Virus record (IMG/VR): IMGVR_UViG_3300028586_000735
Coordinates: 1 to 57,926 of that record
Origin: a virus
Taxonomy: Duplodnaviria > Caudoviricetes
Length of the DNA stretch: 57,926 nucleotides
Direction: 5' to 3' (one strand)
A model generated the notes under the pieces. The model saw nothing but the letters and a program-made list of their open reading frames with translations. It made no database searches and had not been told where the DNA came from. The number at the start of each line of letters is the position of its first letter. The stretch's first letter is position 1. Both the position numbers and the translations under genes were made by a program. Positions 27,215 to 36,735 of the stretch are shown here, one piece after another.

Positions 27215-27664
27215 ATGACGACCATTGCTTACAAAGACGGCGTGATCGCCTATGACTCCCGCCAGACGAGAGGTGGATCGATCGTTTCGGACAACTGCTC
27301 GAAGTGCGAGCAGGTCAACGGCGTTCTGTTCTTCCTGTCCGGTGCCGTATGCGACGAGCAGGCCTTGATCGCTGCCTACTTCGGCACGCCTTCGAAAGAA
27401 CCGGTGGAGTGCTCAGGCTTCGTCGTGGATAACGGCAAGCTGATGATGGTCGGGCATGACGACAAGACGGGGGTATGGAGACAGCCACTTGATCTGGCAA
27501 ACCATGACGCCATTGGAAGCGGCTCGGCCTATGCCCTAGCAGCGATGGATATGGGCGCAAGTGCAGAAGATGCAGTGCGCGCCGCCATGAAGCGAGATAT
27601 CTACACGGGCGGGCAGGTGAGGCTTATTAAGATTGGAGTTGCACCGGACGCTCACCCAACCTAA
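27215..27664 (+). CDS. Proteasome-beta-like Ntn hydrolase
   Basis: MTTIAY (N-terminal Thr), DSR, AIGSG..YA.AAM, D.YTGG. Confidence 0.8.
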   Translation: MTTIAYKDGVIAYDSRQTRGGSIVSDNCSKCEQVNGVLFFLSGAVCDEQALIAAYFGTPSKEPVECSGFVVDNGKLMMVGHDDKTGVWRQPLDLANHDAIGSGSAYALAAMDMGASAEDAVRAAMKRDIYTGGQVRLIKIGVAPDAHPT

Positions 27665-27692
27665 GCCGGATGAGCGGGATCTGACGGAGTCC

Positions 27693-27914
27693 TTAGTTTT
27701 GATCAATTACATCAATTGCAGCCAAAATTTGCTCTTTGATTGGGCTCGGCTTTCCCTGGAAGTTAACCGTACCGGTTTCAAACACGTTACAGATGAATTT
27801 ATCAGCAAAGGTGAACATTGCGGTTCCATGAGCGTCCGGGAATTCTTTTGTTGCCGTCGGGTAAGACACCTCGATGTGTGCAACAAGGCGAGCGGGGTAT
27901 CGGGTCTTTGCCAT
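27693..27914 (-). CDS. Small counter-oriented protein, TBP-like fold suspected
   Basis: GGAG RBS; CNVFETGTVNFQGK. Confidence 0.55.
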   Translation of the reverse strand: MAKTRYPARLVAHIEVSYPTATKEFPDAHGTAMFTFADKFICNVFETGTVNFQGKPSPIKEQILAAIDVIDQN

Positions 27915-28037
27915 TTTGTAGCTCCATGCTTGTGAGTGTTGTCTGTATGTGGTGGCGAGATGCCTCATTTTCAAGGAAGACGACTTAATTTAGGTGATAC
28001 AAAACATGACAACCAAGCAGCCCGAATGGGAGGCGGC

Positions 28038-28670
28038 ATGAATAGGCCAATGCCACCAGCCGAATTGCTGAGGGAGTCAGAAGAATCAGACGTGTTCATG
28101 CGGCTTGCTCCAGCGAAAGGCGTGTGGGATTGGGTACAGAGCGAGATCCTTGCTGACACCGGCAGCATCCACAATGAAGACCACGCCCATCTGGTTGATG
28201 CTGACATCTGCATCATGTGGGCGTCCTCTGCATTCACTAAGCAAGGTCGCACAGTGTTGGGCCAGGCCGAACAGGTTGCGTTCCGTGCCGGTGGTTGGCA
28301 GAAGGCCCGCATGGAACAGCAGATGCGTGACTGGTTCGGCTACGTACCCAGCTACATCATCACCCTGGCTGCCGATTACTGCTCACAGTGCAGTGACGCG
28401 GACTTCTGCGCACTGGTTGAGCATGAGCTGTACCACATCGCCCAGGCGACCGATCAGTACGGCGCGCCCAAGTTCACCCAGAACGGATTGCCGAAGCTTG
28501 AGATGCGCGGCCATGACGTAAGTGAGTTTGTTGCGGTCGTCGAGCGCTACGGTGTTGGCGCTCCGGATAGTGATGTTGCCCGCATGGTAGAGGCAGCCAA
28601 AAACCCTCCATCCATAAATCGCGCCTCCATTGCGAGTGCGTGCGGTACTTGCTTGCTGAGGATTGCGTAG
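28038..28670 (+). CDS. Putative phage metallopeptidase
   Basis: ALVEHELYHI (HExxH) and GHDV.EF..VV.RYG. Confidence 0.85.
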   Translation: MNRPMPPAELLRESEESDVFMRLAPAKGVWDWVQSEILADTGSIHNEDHAHLVDADICIMWASSAFTKQGRTVLGQAEQVAFRAGGWQKARMEQQMRDWFGYVPSYIITLAADYCSQCSDADFCALVEHELYHIAQATDQYGAPKFTQNGLPKLEMRGHDVSEFVAVVERYGVGAPDSDVARMVEAAKNPPSINRASIASACGTCLLRIA

Positions 28671-29191
28671 TGGAAGAGCAGTGGGAAACGATCAAGGCCT
28701 ATCCCGACTATGCGGTAAGCGATCAAGGTCGAATCAAGAGACTTACCAGTCGGACTTGTGCCAAAGCAGGGACGATCCTGAAAACTCCAGGGCGCAGTAA
28801 GTCCCGACCATATCTCAGCGTTGACCTCTGCTATCCAGGAGGAAGGCGAACTGAGCTGGTTCACCGCCTGGTCGCGATTGCGTTCCTGGGTCGGCCTCCA
28901 TTCCTTGGTGCCGAGGTCAATCATATTGATGCCGACAAGGGTAATGCGGCCGCTTCCAACCTGGAATGGGTGACCTCTTCAGCCAATCAGCAGCACGCCT
29001 ATGACTCCGGCTTGCAAACGGCGAAGGGCGAGTCAAATGGACAAGCAAGGCTGAAGGAGTTTGAAGTGCTGGAAATGCGAGCGCTTCACTCCGCCGATGG
29101 CGTCGACATTGAGACGCTGGCAGAGCGCTATGGCGTTCATAAGCGGACCGCTCAAGACGTAGTGTGCCGAAAGTCATGGGCGCACATCTGA
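28670..29191 (+). CDS. NUMOD4-HNH homing endonuclease
   Basis: EQW..I..YPDYAVSDQGRIK (NUMOD4); VHRLVA..F, VNHIDADKGN...NLEWVT...N..HA. Confidence 0.9.
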   Translation: MEEQWETIKAYPDYAVSDQGRIKRLTSRTCAKAGTILKTPGRSKSRPYLSVDLCYPGGRRTELVHRLVAIAFLGRPPFLGAEVNHIDADKGNAAASNLEWVTSSANQQHAYDSGLQTAKGESNGQARLKEFEVLEMRALHSADGVDIETLAERYGVHKRTAQDVVCRKSWAHI

Positions 29192-29270
29192 CGCTGCAAA
29201 CAAGCCCGCTGAGGTGGGCAAACTCAACATATCGAGGGCCTGCGGAACCTGTCTGCTTAAGTCGGCCTGA
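29190..29270 (+). pseudogene. Orphaned former 3' end of the metallopeptidase gene
   Basis: Encodes DAANKPAEVGKLNISRACGTCLLKSA*, paralogous to EAAKNPPSINRASIASACGTCLLRIA* of 28038-28670. Confidence 0.8.
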
Positions 29271-29302
29271 CTCCATGACAGGTTATGACGGATGGAAATC
29301 AT

Positions 29303-29779
29303 ATGGCGGTACTACGAAGCGAGGTTAAAGCCTTCATCGTTCAGGCTCTCGCCTGCTTTGATACGCCATCCCAGGTAGTTGCAGCGGTCAAGACAGAGTT
29401 CGGGATCGAGATTACCCGGCAGCAGTGCGAATCGCACGACCCTACGAAGTTCGCAGGGCAGCGCCTTGGCAAGAACTGGGCTGAGCTGTTCCACGCTGCG
29501 CGCAAGCGTTTCCGGGAAGAGACAACTGACATACCGATCGCCAACCGCGCTTACCGACTTCGTGGACTTGGTCGAATGGCCGAGAAGGCCGAGAACATGC
29601 GCAACCTGGCGCTGACGGCTCAGCTTTACGAGCAGGCCGCCAAAGAGTGTGGCGGTGTTTACGTGAATCGCCGTATCGAACCCGAAAAACCTCTGGGCTC
29701 CCATGCAGACCAGCAGCACGCGATTGCTGAGTACACGCTGGAGCCAGACGAGAATGTCCCGACTACCCCGTACCTTTGA
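29303..29779 (+). CDS. DUF2280 protein, terminase small subunit
   Basis: KAFIVQALACFDTPSQV, IPIANRAYRLR; directly before TerL. Confidence 0.8.
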   Translation: MAVLRSEVKAFIVQALACFDTPSQVVAAVKTEFGIEITRQQCESHDPTKFAGQRLGKNWAELFHAARKRFREETTDIPIANRAYRLRGLGRMAEKAENMRNLALTAQLYEQAAKECGGVYVNRRIEPEKPLGSHADQQHAIAEYTLEPDENVPTTPYL

Positions 29780-31076
29780 CCCGCCGGTCAAGCTGACTCC
29801 GAAGCAGGCCAATATCTACGTCTGGGGCTTCCAGCCTGAGGCGCGCTTTCGTGACGCGGTGTGTGGCCGGCGTTTTGGCAAAACCTTTCTCGGCAAAGCT
29901 GAGATGCGCCGCGCTGCTCGATTGGCTGCCGACTGGGGGGTCAGTGTCGAGGACGAAATATGGTATGGCGCGCCGACGTTCAAGCAGGCCAAGCGCGTGT
30001 TCTGGCGAAGGCTCAAGCAAGCCATCCCGGAGGCATGGCGCGCACACCGGCCGAACGAGACTGAATGTTCGATTACGCTGAAGTCCGGCCACGTCATGCG
30101 CGTAGTCGGCCTCGACAATTACGACAACCTGCGCGGATCAGGCCTGTTCTTCGTACTGGTGGACGAATGGGCTGACTGTCCGTGGGCTGCGTGGGAAGAG
30201 GTCTTGCGGCCAATGCTCTCAACGTGTCAGTACACGCTGCCCGGTGGGGAGACCCGAAAGGGTGGGCATGCACTGCGGATCGGCACGCCCAAGGGTTTCA
30301 ATCACTGCTACGACACGTATCTCGATGGTCAACCTGGCGCAGAGCCGGACCACAAGAGTTGGCAATACACGTCCTTGCAAGGTGGCAACGTACCTGCTGA
30401 AGAGCTGGAAGCGGCACGTCGCAAGATGGACCCTAGAACTTTTCGGCAAGAATACGAAGCGGGTTTCGAGAGTTATTCCGGCGTTGTCTATTACACGTTC
30501 AGCAGGACAGAGTGCGCGACTACTGAGCGCATCAAACCGGGCGAGGCGCTGCACATCGGCATGGACTTCAACGTCATGAAGATGGCGGCCGTGGTCTATG
30601 TGGTTCGCGAAGGGCTGCCACTTGCCCTCGACGAGTTTCATTCGGTCCGCGATACGCCAGAAATGATCGAGAAGATCCAGGTGCGATTCCCTGGCCACGT
30701 TATTGCTGTTTATCCAGACGCCTCTGGTCAGAACACCAGCAGCAAGAATGCCAGTGAATCGGACTTGTCGTTGCTCAAGAAGGCTGGCTTCACCGTGGTG
30801 GTAGATTCGACCAACCCCGAGGTGAAGGACCGCGTAAATGCTTTAAACGCCATGCTTTTGAACAGTTACGGGGAGCGTCGGCTTAAGGTCAACATTGACC
30901 AGTGCCCACAGCTCACCCTGTGCCTTGAGCGCCAGACCTACACCGACAAGGGCGAGCCGGACAAAGATCCGAAGAAGGGTCACGACCACATGAACGACGC
31001 CGCCGGCTACTTCATTGCCAAGCGCTACCCAATCAAGACATCTGTCACCTCACTCAAACTTGGATACGCCCGATGA
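29754..31076 (+). CDS. terL: Terminase large subunit
   Basis: Walker A GRRFGKT, Walker B LVDE, GTPKG, nuclease GMDFN and DH..DA..Y. Confidence 0.95.
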   Translation: MSRLPRTFDPPVKLTPKQANIYVWGFQPEARFRDAVCGRRFGKTFLGKAEMRRAARLAADWGVSVEDEIWYGAPTFKQAKRVFWRRLKQAIPEAWRAHRPNETECSITLKSGHVMRVVGLDNYDNLRGSGLFFVLVDEWADCPWAAWEEVLRPMLSTCQYTLPGGETRKGGHALRIGTPKGFNHCYDTYLDGQPGAEPDHKSWQYTSLQGGNVPAEELEAARRKMDPRTFRQEYEAGFESYSGVVYYTFSRTECATTERIKPGEALHIGMDFNVMKMAAVVYVVREGLPLALDEFHSVRDTPEMIEKIQVRFPGHVIAVYPDASGQNTSSKNASESDLSLLKKAGFTVVVDSTNPEVKDRVNALNAMLLNSYGERRLKVNIDQCPQLTLCLERQTYTDKGEPDKDPKKGHDHMNDAAGYFIAKRYPIKTSVTSLKLGYAR

Positions 31077-32494
31077 ACAACGACGTTTCCTTCAAGCGGC
31101 CCGAATACATCGAGGCGCTGGATCGCTGGCTGACTGTGCGCGACGTCTGTGCTGGCCAGCACCGTGTTGTTGACCGGCTGCCTTACATCAACCGGCACGA
31201 CAAGTCAGAAGAGAACGTCGAGCGCAACAACGCTTACCGCGAGCGCGCGGTGTTCAAGAACGCCACCGGTCACACCCGAAACGGGATGATTGGCTTGGCG
31301 TTCCACAAAGACCCCACGCTGACGGTCCCCAAGAACCTTGAATACCTGCAGGACAATGCCAACGGCGCAGGCGTGAGCATTTATCAGCAGTCGCAAGGCT
31401 CGCTTGAGAAGGTCTTGGAAGCCGGTCGGCATGGTCTTTTCGTGGACTTCCACGAAGACAGCGGCATCGGCGGACATTCGGTCATCCTCACGTACACGGC
31501 CGAAGACGTCATCAACTGGCGCACCGGCATGGTGGACGGCCACAACGTCCTTATCATGGTTGTGCTGCGTGAGATGAACGAAGAGGCGGATGGGTTTGGG
31601 CTGAAGCGCACGGAGCAGTTTCGCGAGCTGGCCCTGGACGAGGCTGGACTGTACGTCTGTCGCGTCTGGCGCCGCAAAGGCCCGCGTGGCGGTGGCCCGC
31701 TTGAGGTGGTTGAGGAGTACATGCCAAAAGGGAAGGGCGGACGTCTAAAGGAGATTCCGTTCACGTTCATCGGCGCTCAGAACAACGACCCAAGCATTGA
31801 CGAATCGCCGCTTTACGACATCGCCATGATCAATCTCGGGCATTACCGAAACAGCGCCGACTACGAGGACAGCGTGTTCTGGTGTGGCCAGGCTCAACCG
31901 TGGATCAGCGGCGTAGACGAGCAATGGCTTGCCATGGCGCGCAAGGAAGGCGTGTACGTTGGCTCCCGCGCCCCGATCCCGGTGCCTGCTGGTGAAACCT
32001 TCGCCTTTGCCCAGCCCCAGCCCAACACGCTGGTGAAAGAGGCGATGGCCGACAAGAACCAGATGATGATCGAGTTGGGCGCGCGGATGGTTGTGTCGTC
32101 GATGACGGCCAAGACGGCTACAGAATCGAGAGGCGACCAGTCAGCGTCCACTTCGGTACTCGCGATCTGCGTATCCAACGTGAACGAGGCCTATACCCGG
32201 GCGCTGGGTTGGTGCGCTCAGTTCCTCGGCGTTACCGGGAAGACGGCTTATCTTGTGAATCAAGAGTTCGTCGAGCTCAGTGCTGATCCGCAGATGATCA
32301 CCGCGCTTGTGCAGCTGTGGCAGAGCGGCGGCTTCGCCAAGGCCGATCTGCGTGGATATCTGCGCAAGTTGGGACTGATCGCACCGGAGCGAACCGACAA
32401 GCAGATAGACGAAGAGCTTCAGGAACAGACCGATAACCTCGGTCTGGATGACGACGAGGACTTGAGCGATGGCGGTCAACCAAGCGGTACTTGA
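31073..32494 (+). CDS. Portal protein (DUF4055)
   Basis: Y..RAVF.N.T..T, PL.DIA..NL.HYRNSADYE; position after TerL. Confidence 0.85.
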   Translation: MNNDVSFKRPEYIEALDRWLTVRDVCAGQHRVVDRLPYINRHDKSEENVERNNAYRERAVFKNATGHTRNGMIGLAFHKDPTLTVPKNLEYLQDNANGAGVSIYQQSQGSLEKVLEAGRHGLFVDFHEDSGIGGHSVILTYTAEDVINWRTGMVDGHNVLIMVVLREMNEEADGFGLKRTEQFRELALDEAGLYVCRVWRRKGPRGGGPLEVVEEYMPKGKGGRLKEIPFTFIGAQNNDPSIDESPLYDIAMINLGHYRNSADYEDSVFWCGQAQPWISGVDEQWLAMARKEGVYVGSRAPIPVPAGETFAFAQPQPNTLVKEAMADKNQMMIELGARMVVSSMTAKTATESRGDQSASTSVLAICVSNVNEAYTRALGWCAQFLGVTGKTAYLVNQEFVELSADPQMITALVQLWQSGGFAKADLRGYLRKLGLIAPERTDKQIDEELQEQTDNLGLDDDEDLSDGGQPSGT

Positions 32495-33554
32495 TGCCAC
32501 GATCCGGCACTCGGTCTTTCTGGAGCAGCTCAAGGCCGGTGAGGTCGAGAAATTCGCCCCCTTCCTCAAAGAGATCGACCGAGCGGTCCGCGAGCAGCTC
32601 AACAATGCCGACCTGAGCGAGTACAACATCAAGCGGCTGAACCAGCTGCTGGACGAAGTCGACAGCCTGCTGCTCGGCATCTTCGACCGCTATACCACGG
32701 CGCTGAACCTGGATCTGATCGATCTGGCCAACTATGAGGCCCAGTTCGAGGCGACGTCGTTGGCTCGATCTGCGCCTGTGGGTGTCACCTTTGATGCCGT
32801 GGTCCCGCCAGCACGCGCTATCCGGTCCGCAGTTCTCAATAACCCGCTCAGCGTGCGTGACAACGGCGGCGGCAAGCTGCTGGAGCCGTTCATCAAGGAC
32901 TGGGCAACTACCGAGCGCGAGCGCGTCAGTGGTGCCATCAGGCAGGGATTTTTCGAAGGGCAAACGAACTTTCAGGTTATCCGCAGGATTCGCGGTACCA
33001 GGGCGGCTGGGTACAGCGACGGCATATTGGCGACGACCAAGCGCAATGCCAGTGCAGTCGTACACACGGCTGTGCAGCACGTCGCCTCTCAGGCTCGGAT
33101 GGAGACGATCAAGGCCAACCCGGACGTTGTCGCCGAGATTGAGATCGTTGCCACGCTCGATAGCAAGACCACTCAGATCTGCCGGTCTTTGGATAAGCGT
33201 CGCTTTCCGGTCGATTCTGGACCGCGACCACCGTTTCATATCAGGTGCCGGACGACCTTCGTACCCGTGACCAAATGGACCAAGTTCCTCAGCAAGGATG
33301 CTACCCGCGCCTCGGTGGGACCGAATGGCGGCGGCCAGGTCGGGGCCGATCTGAGCTATTACGATTGGCTCAAGCTCCAACCTACGACGTTTCAGGATCA
33401 GGCGCTCGGCCCGACCCGCGCCAAGCTGTTTCGCGACGGCGGGCTGACGCTTGAGCGCTTTTCTGAACTGCAGCTCGACCGCAACTTCAAGCCTCTGACG
33501 CTGGATCAGATGAAAAAGCTTGAGCCGTTGGCGTTCGAGCGAGCGGGAATTTAA
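32469..33554 (+). CDS. Minor head morphogenesis protein (SPP1 gp7 / Mu F)
   Basis: ATLDSKTT.IC..LD, PPFH..CR. Confidence 0.9.
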   Translation: MAVNQAVLDATIRHSVFLEQLKAGEVEKFAPFLKEIDRAVREQLNNADLSEYNIKRLNQLLDEVDSLLLGIFDRYTTALNLDLIDLANYEAQFEATSLARSAPVGVTFDAVVPPARAIRSAVLNNPLSVRDNGGGKLLEPFIKDWATTERERVSGAIRQGFFEGQTNFQVIRRIRGTRAAGYSDGILATTKRNASAVVHTAVQHVASQARMETIKANPDVVAEIEIVATLDSKTTQICRSLDKRRFPVDSGPRPPFHIRCRTTFVPVTKWTKFLSKDATRASVGPNGGGQVGADLSYYDWLKLQPTTFQDQALGPTRAKLFRDGGLTLERFSELQLDRNFKPLTLDQMKKLEPLAFERAGI

Positions 33555-33636
33555 CCCAGCATTACCAATCAGCCGCCATCGGGCGGTTTTTTATTGCCTG
33601 CAAAGCGGGTAACTCAAACCCAAGGGGTGCATCACC

Positions 33637-34365
33637 GTGGCAGAAGAAAACGAAATCGACCTGGAAAACCCGGCAATCAAGGCCGCTATCGCGACTGCCG
33701 TTGAAGCATCCGTATCTGGGCTGAAGACCAAAAATACCGAGCTGCTGGGGAAGTTGAAAGATACCTCCACCAAGCTGACTCAGTTTGAAACCCAGTTTGA
33801 GGGCATCGACATTGACGCCGTCAAAGGGCTTCTGAGCCGCGCCGGTCAGGACGAGGAAACCAAGCTGCTTACAGAGGGCAAGGTGGACGAGGTGTTCAAC
33901 AAACGAACCGAGCGTCTGCGCGGCGACTTCGATAAGCAACTCAAGGCAGTCACCGAGCGCGCATCGAAGGCTGAAGCTTTCGCCACCAAGTTCCAAGGCA
34001 AGGTTCTGGGCGATTCTGTACGCGGCGCAGCACTCAAGGCCGGCGCGCTGCCTGAAGCAACTGACGACATCATCCTGCGCGCCAAAGGCGTGTTCTCACT
34101 GAATGAAGAGGGCGAAGCGGTCGCCGTCGATGAGTCTGGTCAGACCATTCTCGGCAAAGACGGCAAGACCCCTCTGACCCCGCTCGAATGGGCGGAATCC
34201 TTGCGCGAAAGCGCTCCTCACCTGTGGCCAAGGGCCTCGGGTACGAATGCCCCGGGCGGGGGTGGCGGCCAGGCTGCACTGAAGCGCTCCGAAATGACAG
34301 CCACGCAAAAGCGCGACTACCAGCGCAAGCACGGCCAAACCGCATACCTCAATTTGCCCAAGTAA
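33637..34365 (+). CDS. Capsid scaffolding protein
   Basis: Coiled-coil, GLK.KN.ELL; precedes the major capsid gene. Confidence 0.75.
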   Translation: MAEENEIDLENPAIKAAIATAVEASVSGLKTKNTELLGKLKDTSTKLTQFETQFEGIDIDAVKGLLSRAGQDEETKLLTEGKVDEVFNKRTERLRGDFDKQLKAVTERASKAEAFATKFQGKVLGDSVRGAALKAGALPEATDDIILRAKGVFSLNEEGEAVAVDESGQTILGKDGKTPLTPLEWAESLRESAPHLWPRASGTNAPGGGGGQAALKRSEMTATQKRDYQRKHGQTAYLNLPK

Positions 34366-34377
34366 GGGGATTCACCC

Positions 34378-35331
34378 ATGGCAACAACTGTGAACAGCGA
34401 TCTGATCATTTACAACGATGAGGCTCAGACCGCATATCTGGAGCGTGTTCAGGACAACCTGGACATCTTCAACGCGTCCTCGAACGGCGCAATTATCCTC
34501 GACAACGAGTTGATCGAAGGTGATTTCCGCAAGCGCGCCTTCTACAAGCTGGCGGGCTCTCTGGATCATCGCGACGTCAACTCTGAAGCAAAGGTCGTCG
34601 CCAAGAAGATCGGTGCTGGCGAAGCTGTCGGCGTCAAGGCTCCGTGGAAGTACGGTCCGTACCAGACGACCGAAGAGGCGTTCAAGCGTCGCGGTCGCCC
34701 GGTAGACGAGTTCTCCCAGATCATCGGCCAGGACGTTGCCGATGCCACGCTGGAAGGCTTCGTCCAGTACGCCACAGCCGCGCTGCGTGCATCCATCGGC
34801 TCAAACCCTGCAATGGTCGTTGAGGCCAGCATCGAGACCGACGGCAAGAAGACGCTGACTCGCGGCATGCGCAAGTTCGGTGACAAATTCGGCCGTATCG
34901 CGCTGTGGGTCATGCACTCTTCGGCTTACTTCGACATCGTCGACGAAGCCATCACCAACAAGCTGTACGAAGAGGCGGGTGTGGTGATCTACGGCGGGCT
35001 GCCAGGCACTCTGGGCAAGCCGGTACTGGTTACCGATACCGCCCCGGTTGACGTGATCTTCGGCCTGCTGCCAAGCGCAGTGACCATCACCGAATCCCAG
35101 GCGCCTGGCTTCCGCTCCTATGAAGTCAACGACGAAGAAAACCTCGGCATCGGCTACCGCGCCGAAGGCGTCGTGAACATCGATGTTCTGGGTTACAGCT
35201 GGAAGGAAACTGCCGGCGGTGCGAACCCATCGCTCGCTGCTGTCGGCTCGTCCGCCAACTGGGTCAAGCACTCTGCCAGCGACAAGGTCACTGCTGGCGT
35301 GATGATCGAACTTACTCCGGCCACCCCGTAA
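34378..35331 (+). CDS. Major capsid protein
   Basis: 317 aa, WVMHS, TLGKPVLVTD; synteny. Confidence 0.85.
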   Translation: MATTVNSDLIIYNDEAQTAYLERVQDNLDIFNASSNGAIILDNELIEGDFRKRAFYKLAGSLDHRDVNSEAKVVAKKIGAGEAVGVKAPWKYGPYQTTEEAFKRRGRPVDEFSQIIGQDVADATLEGFVQYATAALRASIGSNPAMVVEASIETDGKKTLTRGMRKFGDKFGRIALWVMHSSAYFDIVDEAITNKLYEEAGVVIYGGLPGTLGKPVLVTDTAPVDVIFGLLPSAVTITESQAPGFRSYEVNDEENLGIGYRAEGVVNIDVLGYSWKETAGGANPSLAAVGSSANWVKHSASDKVTAGVMIELTPATP

Positions 35332-35376
35332 ATCATCCGAACGGTGCGGCCAGCGATGGCCGCCAGGGAGAAGATC

Positions 35377-35796
35377 ATGGAACTCGTTTACAGCAACCAG
35401 CGCGGCGACTTCGATCCCAACAAACGCTATCGCAACCCGGATCTGTTCCGGAACGTCGAGCGCGGAGTGACCAAGGTCACAGTGGTTGGCGATTACCCGG
35501 AAATCGTCGATGCCTACAAGGCGGTAGAGATTGACGTGGAGATCGAGACACGCAAGACGCCGGTCAAAGGCAAGGCCAAGGCCGCAGAAAAGCCTACTGG
35601 CAAAGGCACGACCAAACATCAGTCGAATGGCACCCAGAAGGACGGCACCAAGGAAGAGCCGGTTTATATCCCCAAGCTGGAAGCGGATAACCAGTGGATC
35701 ATCATCACCCGCGACGGTGTACGATTCAGCGAATTTGCTGGTGATGAAGCTCAGGCCAAGGCCGAAGCAGATCGCCTGAACGAAACCAAGGAATAA
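35377..35796 (+). CDS. Head-associated hypothetical protein
   Basis: GGAG RBS; follows the capsid gene. Confidence 0.65.
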   Translation: MELVYSNQRGDFDPNKRYRNPDLFRNVERGVTKVTVVGDYPEIVDAYKAVEIDVEIETRKTPVKGKAKAAEKPTGKGTTKHQSNGTQKDGTKEEPVYIPKLEADNQWIIITRDGVRFSEFAGDEAQAKAEADRLNETKE

Positions 35797-35799
35797 GTC

Positions 35800-36300
35800 A
35801 TGCTCATCATCGAGGACGGCACCGGCGTGCCGGATGCTGAAAGCTACGCCACTGCCGCTGAACTGGTCATCTACGCCGGGAAATTTGGTGTGGCCATCCC
35901 GGCTGAAGAGGCTGCGCAAGAGGCTGTTTTGCGCCGAGCCGCCTTGGTGATGGACGGTATGACTTGGAAGGGACGCAAATCGTCCGGCGATCAGGCGCTG
36001 TCCTGGCCTCGCCGGGAGATTCGCCTGGATGGCGAGAACAAGCCGGAGCGCTACCTTCCGGCACGCATTCAGTACGGTCAGATGGCTCTGGCCGCAGAAA
36101 TTCATGCCGACGACATTGATCCTATCGATAAGCGCAAGGGTGCTGTCACGAAGGAGAAAGTTGACGGAGCGGTGGAGCGTGAATACGCAACCATCAGCAA
36201 CACGAGCAAGCGATTGCTGCCTGCTGCGCCGGATCGGCCTAGTGCAACCCAGTTCGCTGATTATCTCCAGAGGCGTGGGTTGTTCGCTGTGCGGGCATAA
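35800..36300 (+). CDS. Head-tail adaptor-type protein
   Basis: LIIEDGTG..DAESY, Q.L.WPR; synteny. Confidence 0.75.
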   Translation: MLIIEDGTGVPDAESYATAAELVIYAGKFGVAIPAEEAAQEAVLRRAALVMDGMTWKGRKSSGDQALSWPRREIRLDGENKPERYLPARIQYGQMALAAEIHADDIDPIDKRKGAVTKEKVDGAVEREYATISNTSKRLLPAAPDRPSATQFADYLQRRGLFAVRA

Positions 36301-36420
36301 CGCTAATAGCCGTTGACCTGTCGCCAGCCTCGGGTGATTCTGTAGGTGCTTTCTGAAACAAGTAGGGCAGCACAGTTTGCTGCCGAAATTCGGAAGCTTT
36401 CTCAGATAACTAAAGGTGTT

Positions 36421-36675
36421 ATGTCAATGCTCGAAAGCACTTCAAAGTTTAAGCTCAAGGATATTATTTTCAATGACGGTAGCTTTGCTATCGCCTCTGG
36501 AAAGTGGGATGGCATCGACGGTGTAAGTGTTGCTTGCCGGTGGCACGACGAGGGGATTGGCTATCCGCAGACTTTTGGTAAGCCACAGTGGATGCTTATG
36601 CCTAGCGGCACTAAGGTTGATATCCTTGATGCATTCAACTCCGGGAGCAAAAAAGTCAAATTATCGTTCGGATAA
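36421..36675 (+). CDS. AT-rich moron in the head-tail region
   Basis: TTGACC upstream, terminator 36695-36719; CRW..EGIGYP..FGKPQW. Confidence 0.65.
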   Translation: MSMLESTSKFKLKDIIFNDGSFAIASGKWDGIDGVSVACRWHDEGIGYPQTFGKPQWMLMPSGTKVDILDAFNSGSKKVKLSFG

Positions 36676-36735
36676 AACGCCTGCACATACATAGAGCCCA
36701 GCCATAGCGCTGGGCTTTTGCATTTGGAGATATAA

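Noticed and set aside
32298-33380. 360-aa minus-strand ORF
   Set aside because: Shadow of the minor head protein gene.
34801-36105. 434-aa minus-strand ORF
   Set aside because: Shadow of capsid and head genes, typical of GC-rich codon bias.
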